This document shows positions 1-7,718 of a DNA stretch of 39,405 bases, piece by piece (the stretch's first letter is position 1; every line of letters begins with the position of its first letter). The stretch lies in contig JAIRPH010000161.1 in the NCBI GenBank assembly GCA_031257135.1, positions 1-39,405 on the forward strand, written 5' to 3'. Source of the stretch: Spirochaetaceae bacterium. Lineage in GTDB: Bacteria > Spirochaetota > Spirochaetia > Treponematales > Breznakiellaceae. Both the position numbers and the translations under genes were made by a program. Below the pieces are notes generated by a model. That model made no database searches. It saw only the letters and a program-made list of their open reading frames with translations, and was not told the DNA's origin.

Positions 1-2
1 AG

Positions 3-125
3 GAACTGCGTATTCAGGGCGTCGAAACCAACCAAGCCCAGCAGTTACGGATCATCCGGGAACCCCGGTTCCGTTCCGGCGCGTTCGGCATCGCCTATTA
101 CGAGGAACTCCCGGAAAAACCGTAA
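3..125 (+). CDS. 3' end of a CDS entering from the left edge (last 40 codons: ELRIQGVETNQAQQLRIIREPRFRSGAFGIAYYEELPEKP*); product unknown
   Basis: Frame 3 is open from the window edge to TAA at 123-125 (own translation). It is not on the ORF track because it has no start. Confidence 0.3.
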   Translation, partial: ELRIQGVETNQAQQLRIIREPRFRSGAFGIAYYEELPEKP

Positions 126-158
126 GAAGACGTACGGCGATCTGCCGCGCTCAGGGAA

Positions 159-187
159 TTCCCACTTTTCCTGCGGTCTGATATACT
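159..187 (+). promoter_or_regulatory. sigma-70-like promoter, TTCCCA-17-TATACT, 7 nt before the kinase ATG (leaderless geometry)
   Basis: -35 at 159-164, -10 at 182-187, ATG at 195. No Shine-Dalgarno can fit in the gap. Confidence 0.35.
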
Positions 188-194
188 CGGCTTC

Positions 195-1394
195 ATGCGG
201 CAGTTTATTAAACGGGCTTTGCAGAAACTCAATAAAATGACCGGAGAACAGATTCGGGACTTACTGGTTTCTACGGCTATTGAAATCGACCGGCTTGAAA
301 CCGTGCTGGATTCTCTCACCGACGGGATTCTCGTCTGCGATACCGAACACACCCTGATTCTTGCCAATAAATACGCGGAACGTCTGCTCCCGTTGAGCTA
401 TTCCGAGCAGAGCGCGGAACCTATCTGGAGGTCTGTACGGGATGAGGAAATGGCGGACTTCTTTGAAGCTACCCTGCGGAACGGGGATCGGGTAGTAGAA
501 CAGGAATTCAATGTGGAAATCAAGGGGAAAATTCGGCTCCTCAGCGTAAGCGTACTGCCTCTGGTACAGGATCGTCAGGTTTCGGGTTCCTTAATATACC
601 TCGAGGATGTTACCGAAAAACGAAGCAAAGAAGCCCGAATGAGACGGATGGAAAGCCTCGCCAGTTTGACTACCTTAGCCGCGGGAGTAGCCCATGAAAT
701 CAAAAATCCTCTGGGGTCCCTGTCGATTCATATCCAGCTCATCCAGAAAGCGATGACCGCTAATCGGGAATGGTACGCCGAAACCGAAGAATCAGGACGC
801 CATTTCGACCTTATCAACAAGTATATCGGAGTAGTCAATGAAGAAATCGACCGGCTTAACGGGATTGTGGTGGATTTTCTCTTTGCGGTGAGACCCATGG
901 ATATGGATTTAAGGACGGGAAACGTTAACGCTCTGATCGGGGAACTAAGCGAGTTTGTGCGGTTTGAACTGGAAGAAGCCCATGTCCGGTGTACGCTTGC
1001 GCTGGATAAGGAACTGCCGGATATCGACTTTGACGAACGCTACATGAAGCAAGCCCTCCTGAATCTTATCAAGAACGCCGTAGCCGCTATGCCTCGCGGC
1101 GGGACGCTTACCATAAAAACCGAAGCTCAGGAAGCGGAGGTTTTCATCCGGGTCTATGACACGGGCGTCGGGATTTCTGAAGAACATCTTTCTAAAATCT
1201 TTGAGCCGTATTTTACCACTAAAGAAACCGGTTCCGGGCTGGGGCTTACGCTGGTTTTCAAGATAATCCGGGAACATCATGGGGAAATTACCGTCAAATC
1301 CAAAATCGGAGAGGGAAGCTGTTTTAGTATAGCCCTGCCTATCCCTCAAAAAGAACGCCGGCTTATCAAATATATGGAGATATGGGAACTATGA
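195..1394 (+). CDS. cytoplasmic sensor histidine kinase (PAS-like N-terminus + HisKA + HATPase_c), NtrB/AtoS-like
   Basis: 399 aa. H-box HEIKNPL, N-box LLNLIKNAV, G1 YDTGVGI, G2 GSGLGL. No hydrophobic TM segment. Confidence 0.9.
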   Translation: MRQFIKRALQKLNKMTGEQIRDLLVSTAIEIDRLETVLDSLTDGILVCDTEHTLILANKYAERLLPLSYSEQSAEPIWRSVRDEEMADFFEATLRNGDRVVEQEFNVEIKGKIRLLSVSVLPLVQDRQVSGSLIYLEDVTEKRSKEARMRRMESLASLTTLAAGVAHEIKNPLGSLSIHIQLIQKAMTANREWYAETEESGRHFDLINKYIGVVNEEIDRLNGIVVDFLFAVRPMDMDLRTGNVNALIGELSEFVRFELEEAHVRCTLALDKELPDIDFDERYMKQALLNLIKNAVAAMPRGGTLTIKTEAQEAEVFIRVYDTGVGISEEHLSKIFEPYFTTKETGSGLGLTLVFKIIREHHGEITVKSKIGEGSCFSIALPIPQKERRLIKYMEIWEL

Positions 1395-2755
1395 AATTCA
1401 AAATCCTAATCGCGGACGATGAAAAAAATATCCGGGAAGGGTTAGCCGCGGCGCTTGAAATGGACGGACATGAGGTAGTTACCGCGGCTTTCGGCGATGA
1501 GGCTTGGCGCAGGTTCCAGAAAGGAGACATAGACTTGGCGATTACGGACCTCCGTATGGCGGGCTTAACCGGCGAGGAACTGCTCAAACGCATCATCGCC
1601 GAAAGCCCCGGAGTGCCGGTAATCATGCTTACCGGTCACGGCACGGTAGAAACCGCGGTGGCCGCTATGCGGAGCGGCGCGTACGACTTCCTCACGAAGC
1701 CGGTAAATCTTGACCGTCTTTCTTTGCTGGTTAAGCGGGCTTTGCAAAACCGAGAATTGATCCTCAAACACCGGCGTATGGAAGAGGAACTGGAACATCA
1801 GAAACAGTTTGAGACCATCATCGGTACCAGCGCGCCTATGCGGAAGGTTTTCGACATGATCAGCCGAGTAGCGCCTTCTAAGGCTTCAGTGCTGGTTACC
1901 GGCGAGTCAGGAGTCGGGAAGGAACTGGTAGCCGACGCCATTCACGCCTTGTCTCCCCGCAAGGGAAAGCCCTTAGTTAAAGTCCACTGCGCGGCTCTTT
2001 CCGCGGGCATCTTGGAAAGCGAGCTGTTCGGGCATGAGAAGGGCGCGTTCACCGGCGCGGCGGGCAGACGGCGGGGACGGTTCGAGCTTGCCCATGAGGG
2101 AACCCTGTTTCTTGATGAAATCGGGGAAATCGATCAGAATATTCAGATTAAACTCCTCCGAGTGTTGCAGGAAAAAGAATTCGAGCGGGTCGGAGGCGAA
2201 GAAACCATCGAAACTGACGTGCGGATCGTGGCGGCTACAAACAAAGACCTCAAGGCGGAGATTGAAAAGGGCAATTTCCGGGAAGACCTGTACTTCAGGC
2301 TCAATGTAATAAATATTCTGATTCCGCCCTTGCGGGAACGGAAAGACGATTTACCTTTGCTGATTACCTCGTTTCTCAAGGAATTCGCCGGGGAAAACAA
2401 TAAGCCCATCGAAGGCATCGACGAGCGGGCGCGGGCCGCGATTTACGCCTACGATTGGCCCGGCAATGTCCGGGAATTGCGGAACTGCATGGAAAGCGCG
2501 GTGGTTATGGCAAAGGGATTAGTCATCACCGAAGACGATCTGCCCCCTACGGTACGGGCGAAAAGCGACGAAGGATGGATTCGGATTTCTCTGGGTACGA
2601 CCCTTGAGGACGCGGAGAAGGTCATCATCCGGGACACCCTTTCCTTTCTCAAGGGCAATAAAAGCAAAACCGCAGAGGTTCTCGGCATAGGCCGCAAGAC
2701 TTTGCACCGGAAACTTACCGGCGAATCCCAAGAGCAGACCTCCATCGACGATTAA
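1391..2755 (+). CDS. sigma-54-dependent response regulator (REC + AAA+ enhancer-binding domain + Fis-type HTH), NtrC family
   Basis: REC ILIADDE...AITDLRM. Walker [15 protein letters not shown] loop (HEKGAFTGA), Walker [10 protein letters not shown]-terminal [22 protein letters not shown]. Start set to ATG 1391, which overlaps the kinase stop (ATGA); the ORF track starts at 1382. Confidence 0.93.
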   Translation: MKFKILIADDEKNIREGLAAALEMDGHEVVTAAFGDEAWRRFQKGDIDLAITDLRMAGLTGEELLKRIIAESPGVPVIMLTGHGTVETAVAAMRSGAYDFLTKPVNLDRLSLLVKRALQNRELILKHRRMEEELEHQKQFETIIGTSAPMRKVFDMISRVAPSKASVLVTGESGVGKELVADAIHALSPRKGKPLVKVHCAALSAGILESELFGHEKGAFTGAAGRRRGRFELAHEGTLFLDEIGEIDQNIQIKLLRVLQEKEFERVGGEETIETDVRIVAATNKDLKAEIEKGNFREDLYFRLNVINILIPPLRERKDDLPLLITSFLKEFAGENNKPIEGIDERARAAIYAYDWPGNVRELRNCMESAVVMAKGLVITEDDLPPTVRAKSDEGWIRISLGTTLEDAEKVIIRDTLSFLKGNKSKTAEVLGIGRKTLHRKLTGESQEQTSIDD

Positions 2756-2775
2756 TCCATCTGCGGGAACTAGTC

Positions 2776-3213
2776 TTATACGCTGAGGGTCAGCGCGCCT
2801 TCTTTTTTAAGCCTGAAGATATAATCGGCGTATTTTTTATCGGATACCGCGATATGCGCGAGAATCCAATCCCGCAGGAACCGGACGAACTGATTCGGGA
2901 CAAAGCTCTTGCCGCTTTCAAAGTTTTTGACTTCCTCCAAAACTTTTTTGACAAAAGCCTCATGCTCCTGCTTATGAGCGAGCAATTCAGGATAATTAAC
3001 CCGCTCAAGGATTTGCTCTTCTGCGGAGAAATGCTTTTTTACATACTCGACGGTCTGGCGGATGGTATCCTTAAAAATTGCTCCTGCGGCTTCATCACCT
3101 TCCCGGCACGCTTCATAGAGCGCGTTGGTCAGGTTCAGCAATTCCTTGTGCTGTTCGTCAACCATCAGAATACCTATCGCATACCGGTCTTCCCATGCAA
3201 TAAATGGTTCCAT
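2776..3213 (-). CDS. bacteriohemerythrin (hemerythrin-like metal-binding protein), paralog 1
   Basis: 145 aa. Di-iron ligand motifs present: DEQH, HFSAEE, HKQEH (HxxxH), HIAVSD. Confidence 0.9.
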   Translation of the reverse strand: MEPFIAWEDRYAIGILMVDEQHKELLNLTNALYEACREGDEAAGAIFKDTIRQTVEYVKKHFSAEEQILERVNYPELLAHKQEHEAFVKKVLEEVKNFESGKSFVPNQFVRFLRDWILAHIAVSDKKYADYIFRLKKEGALTLSV

Positions 3214-3247
3214 GCTATAATCCTCGCTGTACTAAAATCTCTATAAT

Positions 3248-3276
3248 AGTATAGAATATTAGACGCTTTTGAGCAA
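3248..3276 (-). promoter_or_regulatory. sigma-70-like promoter of hemerythrin 1, GGCTTGCTC(-35)-17-TATACT
   Basis: Read on the minus strand: TTGCTC at 3276-3271, TATACT at 3253-3248. A roughly 30-nt leader with GAGGA precedes the ATG at 3213. Confidence 0.5.
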
Positions 3277-3287
3277 GCCTTTTGAGG

Positions 3288-3725
3288 TTATACGGTTTTT
3301 TTCGTCCGCCGGATGTATTCCTCATATTTTTTATCTGACATGGCGATGTGGGTCAGGACCCAATCCCGCAGGAACCGGACGAACTGATTCGGGACAAAGG
3401 TCTTACCGCTCTGAAAATTTTTGACTTCCTCCAAAACTTTTTTGACAAAAGCCTCATGCTCCTTTTTATGAGGCGCCAATTCGGGAAAGCTGATTCGTTC
3501 CATAATCTGCTCTTCCGTGGAAAAATGAAACTTGACGTACTCTACGGCGCTGTGGATTACATCCTTAAAATGCGTCTTAGCCGCTTCGTCACCTTTGCGG
3601 CAGGCGTTATACAGCGTGTTGGTCAGGTTCAGCAGTTCCTTGTGCTGTTGGTCGATAATCTGAATACCAACCGAATAGCGTTCTTCCCATACAACGAAAG
3701 GTTCTTCAGCCATTTGTTCCTCCAA
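3288..3725 (-). CDS. bacteriohemerythrin, paralog 2
   Basis: 145 aa. DQQH, HFSTEE, HKKEH, HIAMSD. 99/104 nt identical to paralog 1 over 3359-3462 versus 2866-2969. Confidence 0.9.
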   Translation of the reverse strand: MEEQMAEEPFVVWEERYSVGIQIIDQQHKELLNLTNTLYNACRKGDEAAKTHFKDVIHSAVEYVKFHFSTEEQIMERISFPELAPHKKEHEAFVKKVLEEVKNFQSGKTFVPNQFVRFLRDWVLTHIAMSDKKYEEYIRRTKKTV

Positions 3726-3750
3726 ATATCCTGAAAATTTAATCTAATAA

Positions 3751-3779
3751 AGTATGCAATATCAAATCGGTTTTGACAA
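3751..3779 (-). promoter_or_regulatory. sigma-70-like promoter of hemerythrin 2, GGCTTGTCA(-35)-17-CATACT
   Basis: Minus strand: TTGTCA at 3779-3774, CATACT at 3756-3751. Shares the GGCTTG..AAAA -35 context with the other two hemerythrin promoters. Confidence 0.45.
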
Positions 3780-3829
3780 GCCCCAATAGTATATCTGAAA
3801 CAGCCGAAGCCTTTTTGCGGAGAGAGGGC

Positions 3830-3858
3830 TTGTCTAAAATCTCCGGTTGCAGTATAAT
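3830..3858 (+). promoter_or_regulatory. sigma-70-like promoter of hemerythrin 3 and probably of the downstream kinase/vWA/PP2C genes, GGCTTGTCT(-35)-17-TATAAT
   Basis: TTGTCT 3830-3835, TATAAT 3853-3858, AAGAGG 3879-3884, ATG 3892. Confidence 0.55.
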
Positions 3859-3891
3859 TAAATATCTTTAAGAACGTTAAGAGGTATTTTT

Positions 3892-4335
3892 ATGGCCGAG
3901 GAAGCCTTTATTGTATGGGACGAGCGGTATATTATCGGTATTCCCGTCGTCGATGAACAGCATAAGGCGCTGTTGGATTTAACCAATGAGCTGTATGAAG
4001 CGTGCCGGAAGGGCGACGAAGCCGCGCGGGAGCAGTTCAAAGATACTATCCGCCGGACCGTGGATTATGTGAAGTTTCATTTTTCTAACGAAGAAAAAAT
4101 TCTGGAGCGGGTTAAGTACCCCAAAGCCGGCGAGCAGAAACAACAGCATGAGTGCTTTGTCAGAAAGATTCTGGAAGAAGTACATAATTTTCAGACCGGT
4201 AAAACTTTTGTGCCGAATCAGTTCGTCCGGTTTCTGCGGGACTGGATTTTAGAGCATATCGCCGTATCTGACAGGGAGTACGCCGACTACATCCACCGGC
4301 TTAAAAAAGAAGGCGCCCTTAATCTGGGAGTGTAA
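3892..4335 (+). CDS. hemerythrin-like protein, paralog 3 (one canonical iron ligand replaced)
   Basis: 147 aa. DEQH, HFSNEE and HIAVSD are present. The HxxxH motif reads QKQQH (Gln82 where paralogs 1 and 2 have His). Confidence 0.88.
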   Translation: MAEEAFIVWDERYIIGIPVVDEQHKALLDLTNELYEACRKGDEAAREQFKDTIRRTVDYVKFHFSNEEKILERVKYPKAGEQKQQHECFVRKILEEVHNFQTGKTFVPNQFVRFLRDWILEHIAVSDREYADYIHRLKKEGALNLGV

Positions 4336-4344
4336 CCAAAAGAA

Positions 4345-5643
4345 ATGCGGGAGTTCGGCAAAGGCTATAAAATAGCGTTAGACCACGGAGGATACGCAGA
4401 GGTTATCCGAAAAATCGGAAGCGGCGGGCAGGGTATTGTTTATGAAGTTACCTTAAACGATAAACGGTATGCGCTCAAATGGTACACCTGTAGGTTTAAA
4501 AACCAAGAAGCCTTTCGGGAAAATCTGCGTTCCAATATTGAAATGGGCGCGCCAGACGATAAATTTTTGTGGCCCAAGTATCTAACCGCCGAGGAAGCGG
4601 GGAGTTTCGGTTATATTATGGATTTGCGCCCCCCGGAATTTTCTGATTTTTCGGATATTTTAAACAATACGGTGAAATTTCCTTCTACGGATATGCTGAT
4701 AAAGTCCGCCTTGAACATTGTGAACGGATTCCGAGAGCTTCACCGCAAAGGCCGGAGTTATCAAGACCTGAACGACGGCAATTTTTTCATCAACGCCGCC
4801 ACCGGGGATGCGCTTATCTGCGATAATGACAACGTCACCCCCGGAGACCAGAAAAACAGCGGCGACGTAGGGGGAAAGCCGGGGTATATGGCGCCTGAAG
4901 TGTTTCGGGGAGACGCTCACCCTAATTCCCTGACCGACTTTCATTCGCTGGCGGTGATTCTGTTTAAGCTGTTCCTCCGGCATGATCCCCTTTGGGGGGC
5001 GGCTCATGAGCGCGCGCCGTGCATCACGGAAGAGCTGGAAATGGAACTCTACGGTACGAATCCGGTATTCATCTTTGATCCCGAGGATGCTTCAAACCGT
5101 CCGGTCAACGGGGTTCATCCGAATCCGATCAACCTCTGGCCCCGGTATCCTGAGTTTTTTCAGAATGCCTTTATCGAATCCTTTGTCAAAGGCATGAAAG
5201 ACCCTAACGCGCGCCTTCCGGCGAATGAATGGCAGAAGATTCTCATCCGCCTCCGGGACGAAGCTATCTCGTGTCCCTTCTGCAAACGGGACTGGCCCAT
5301 TACCAAGCTGAGTCAGAACAGTCCCATAGCCTGTCCCTGCGGGCGGACCTTCAGCGCGCCTCTGCGCCTCCAAACCGGCAAGTACGGGGTTCCGCTGTTT
5401 CCGGGAAAGAAGCTCTACGGATGCCATACCATAGACGGAAGCGACGATTATCATACCGCTACCGGCGAAGTCATTATGAACAAGCATAATCCCGGACTGT
5501 GGGGAATCAAAAACCTCTCGAAAGAGGATTGGGAAATGACAAGCCCCGGGGGAGAACCCAAAAAAATAACTCCCGGATCGGTGGTCCCTATTGGAACCGG
5601 CGTATCTGTGGTTTTCAAGGAACTTACCGGTAAGATACTATAA
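4345..5643 (+). CDS. Ser/Thr protein kinase-like protein with a C-terminal zinc ribbon and a beta-rich (FHA-like?) tail; kinase component of a TerY-P-type triad
   Basis: 432 aa. Gly loop GSGGQG, Lys in YALKWY, catalytic loop YQDLNDGN (Asp141/Asn146), DND in place of DFG, GYMAPE, DFHSLAVIL. CPFC-x17-CPC at residues 310-332. Confidence 0.85.
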   Translation: MREFGKGYKIALDHGGYAEVIRKIGSGGQGIVYEVTLNDKRYALKWYTCRFKNQEAFRENLRSNIEMGAPDDKFLWPKYLTAEEAGSFGYIMDLRPPEFSDFSDILNNTVKFPSTDMLIKSALNIVNGFRELHRKGRSYQDLNDGNFFINAATGDALICDNDNVTPGDQKNSGDVGGKPGYMAPEVFRGDAHPNSLTDFHSLAVILFKLFLRHDPLWGAAHERAPCITEELEMELYGTNPVFIFDPEDASNRPVNGVHPNPINLWPRYPEFFQNAFIESFVKGMKDPNARLPANEWQKILIRLRDEAISCPFCKRDWPITKLSQNSPIACPCGRTFSAPLRLQTGKYGVPLFPGKKLYGCHTIDGSDDYHTATGEVIMNKHNPGLWGIKNLSKEDWEMTSPGGEPKKITPGSVVPIGTGVSVVFKELTGKIL

Positions 5644-5652
5644 GGAAAAAAT

Positions 5653-6384
5653 ATGAGTGATGAGATGTTCGGCGATGTCCAAGGCATCGTGCGCAGACAG
5701 ATGGTATTGTTTCTCTTGATTGATACCTCCGGCAGTATGGAAGGGGAGAAAATCGGCATTGTAAACAATACTATCCGAGAGGTACTGCCTGAGCTTCGGG
5801 ACATCGGCGGCGCGGACGTAGATTTGAAAATAGCCGCTTTAGCGTTCTCTACCGGCTGTAAGTGGCTTCATGCCGAGCCGGTTTCGGCGGACGCCTTTCA
5901 GTGGAACAACATGGAAGCTGACGGCGTAACCGATTTAGGAGCGGCTCTGCGGGAACTGAACTCGAAAATGTCGAAGGATACCTTCTTAAAAGCCCCTTCC
6001 GCGTCGGTGGCTCCGGCGATTTTTCTCTTATCTGACGGACAGCCTACGGACGATTACGACGGCGGACTTGAACTCCTGCGGAAGAACAACTGGTATAAGT
6101 ACGCTATTCGGGTAGCTCTCGCCATAGGGGGCGACGACGCCGACAAAGACGTACTGGCGAAATTTACCGGCAACAAGGAAGCGGTTATTACGGTGCATAC
6201 TCCTGAAGCCTTGCGGCGATGGATACGGTTTATTACCGTAACTTCCACTCAGATAGGGACTAAAAGTCAGCCCCTACAGGACGGTCAGATAGAAACCAAA
6301 CAGAATCAGATGACCGAAGCGATCCAACAGCAGACCGATCCGGATATGATTGATTCAGTATCTACCGACGAGGGTTCATGGTAG
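5653..6384 (+). CDS. von Willebrand factor A domain protein, TerY-like
   Basis: 243 aa. MIDAS DTSGSM, GVTDLGAAL, LLSDGQPTD. AAGGA sits 7 nt upstream of the ATG. Confidence 0.85.
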   Translation: MSDEMFGDVQGIVRRQMVLFLLIDTSGSMEGEKIGIVNNTIREVLPELRDIGGADVDLKIAALAFSTGCKWLHAEPVSADAFQWNNMEADGVTDLGAALRELNSKMSKDTFLKAPSASVAPAIFLLSDGQPTDDYDGGLELLRKNNWYKYAIRVALAIGGDDADKDVLAKFTGNKEAVITVHTPEALRRWIRFITVTSTQIGTKSQPLQDGQIETKQNQMTEAIQQQTDPDMIDSVSTDEGSW

Positions 6385-6388
6385 CGCA

Positions 6389-7321
6389 ATGTTTACAGGA
6401 TTCAAAGCGGTTGCCCCGGGTTTCAGTCATAACGAACAGAATTGTCAGGATGCGGCTGACGCGATCCTGCTGAACCGGCGCGACGGCGTCGGCATCGCCT
6501 TAGTAGCGGACGGTCACGGAAGCAGACGGCACTTCAGAAGCGCCCGGGGAGCGGAACTTGCGGTACAGGTCGCGAAGGAAGCTATTACTCGGTTCATCGA
6601 AATAACCGAGGAAAAAAACGCGGTCTTTTGGAACGAAACTATTCGGGCTAATCCGAAAAAAGCCGCTGAAACCCTCAGACAGCTTGAAAGCAATATTATC
6701 TATTGCTGGCGGGAAGCGGTACTGCGCCACAGTAAGACAAGCCCTTTTACCGGCGAAGAACATACGCTGTGTACTGAAAATAATATCAACCTCGAAGATG
6801 AAAACGATCTGGTTGCAATATACGGGTCTACTCTGCTGGGAGCGGTGATTGCTCAGGAATTTTGGTTCGCCATACAGATTGGAGACGGCGCGTGCGTGAT
6901 TATTACCGACCGCGGCAAAGTGGAGATAGGAATCCCTGAAGACAAACGCCTTGAATTCGGGCGGACTACCTCGTTATGCAATACCGACGCGTTGGAAAGT
7001 TTCCGGCACCGCTTCGGCGAGCGCATCGCCGGAATTACGGTTGCAAGCGACGGAGTTACGGATTCATTTCTTCCCAATAAGTACGCCGACTTCACTATGC
7101 AGTTGCTTAGAAACTTCGTCAGGTATCCTGACCTTGCGGAGCGGAATTTGCAGTCATTTTTACCGGAATTATCCCGGCGGGGCAGTAACGACGATGTTTC
7201 TCTGGCGGGTATTTTTGACCTCGCCCAGGGGAAACATATTCTTAACGAACTGCCCGCGGAAACGCCGAACAGCAATCCTGCCGAGTACGGCGAATATTGT
7301 ACCTCGGACGCTGGGAACTAA
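6389..7321 (+). CDS. PP2C-family Ser/Thr phosphatase (bacterial PP2C_2 type)
   Basis: N-terminal GFSHNEQNCQDA, ADGHGS, GSTLLG, IGDGA, ASDGVTD, NDDVSL. Start set to ATG 6389, 4 nt after the vWA stop; the ORF track starts at 6350. Confidence 0.85.
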   Translation: MFTGFKAVAPGFSHNEQNCQDAADAILLNRRDGVGIALVADGHGSRRHFRSARGAELAVQVAKEAITRFIEITEEKNAVFWNETIRANPKKAAETLRQLESNIIYCWREAVLRHSKTSPFTGEEHTLCTENNINLEDENDLVAIYGSTLLGAVIAQEFWFAIQIGDGACVIITDRGKVEIGIPEDKRLEFGRTTSLCNTDALESFRHRFGERIAGITVASDGVTDSFLPNKYADFTMQLLRNFVRYPDLAERNLQSFLPELSRRGSNDDVSLAGIFDLAQGKHILNELPAETPNSNPAEYGEYCTSDAGN

Positions 7322-7345
7322 AAAAAGGAGCGGTTTTCTTTACTT

Positions 7346-7699
7346 ATGGAAGCAAACGTTATTTTATGTAAATGCACAAAACAGCATACCTTCGGGATTC
7401 GAGTGGAAAAACGCAATGACGATTGGTTTAGAACCTGGGCGTTTAAAGTGGATGAAAAACGGATAAAACGGGAAGGTTTCGATAAAGCGGTAATTAGAGG
7501 AAGTATGTCGAACGATCCTGAATATCCGGGCTGTCCCTACTGCGGAGGGCATGGGTTTTTCCAATGCGACTGCGGAAAGATTAACTGTTTCAAAGAGAAC
7601 GAAGACAAAGAAAAATGGGAAGTTATCTGCAACTGGTGCGGCAAACGGCTTACCGTTGTGCGGGCGAGCAGTTTTGAAATGAAAGGCGGCGGTTTGTGA
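7346..7699 (+). CDS. small Cys-rich putative zinc-binding protein (possible stand-alone TerY-C-like metal-binding module)
   Basis: 117 aa with 9 Cys: CKC near the N-terminus, then CPYCGGHGFFQCDCGKINC and CNWCG. Co-directional, 24 nt after the PP2C gene, with AAGGAG upstream. Confidence 0.6.
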   Translation: MEANVILCKCTKQHTFGIRVEKRNDDWFRTWAFKVDEKRIKREGFDKAVIRGSMSNDPEYPGCPYCGGHGFFQCDCGKINCFKENEDKEKWEVICNWCGKRLTVVRASSFEMKGGGL

Positions 7700-7718
7700 A
7701 AAAGCCGCCGGGACTGGT

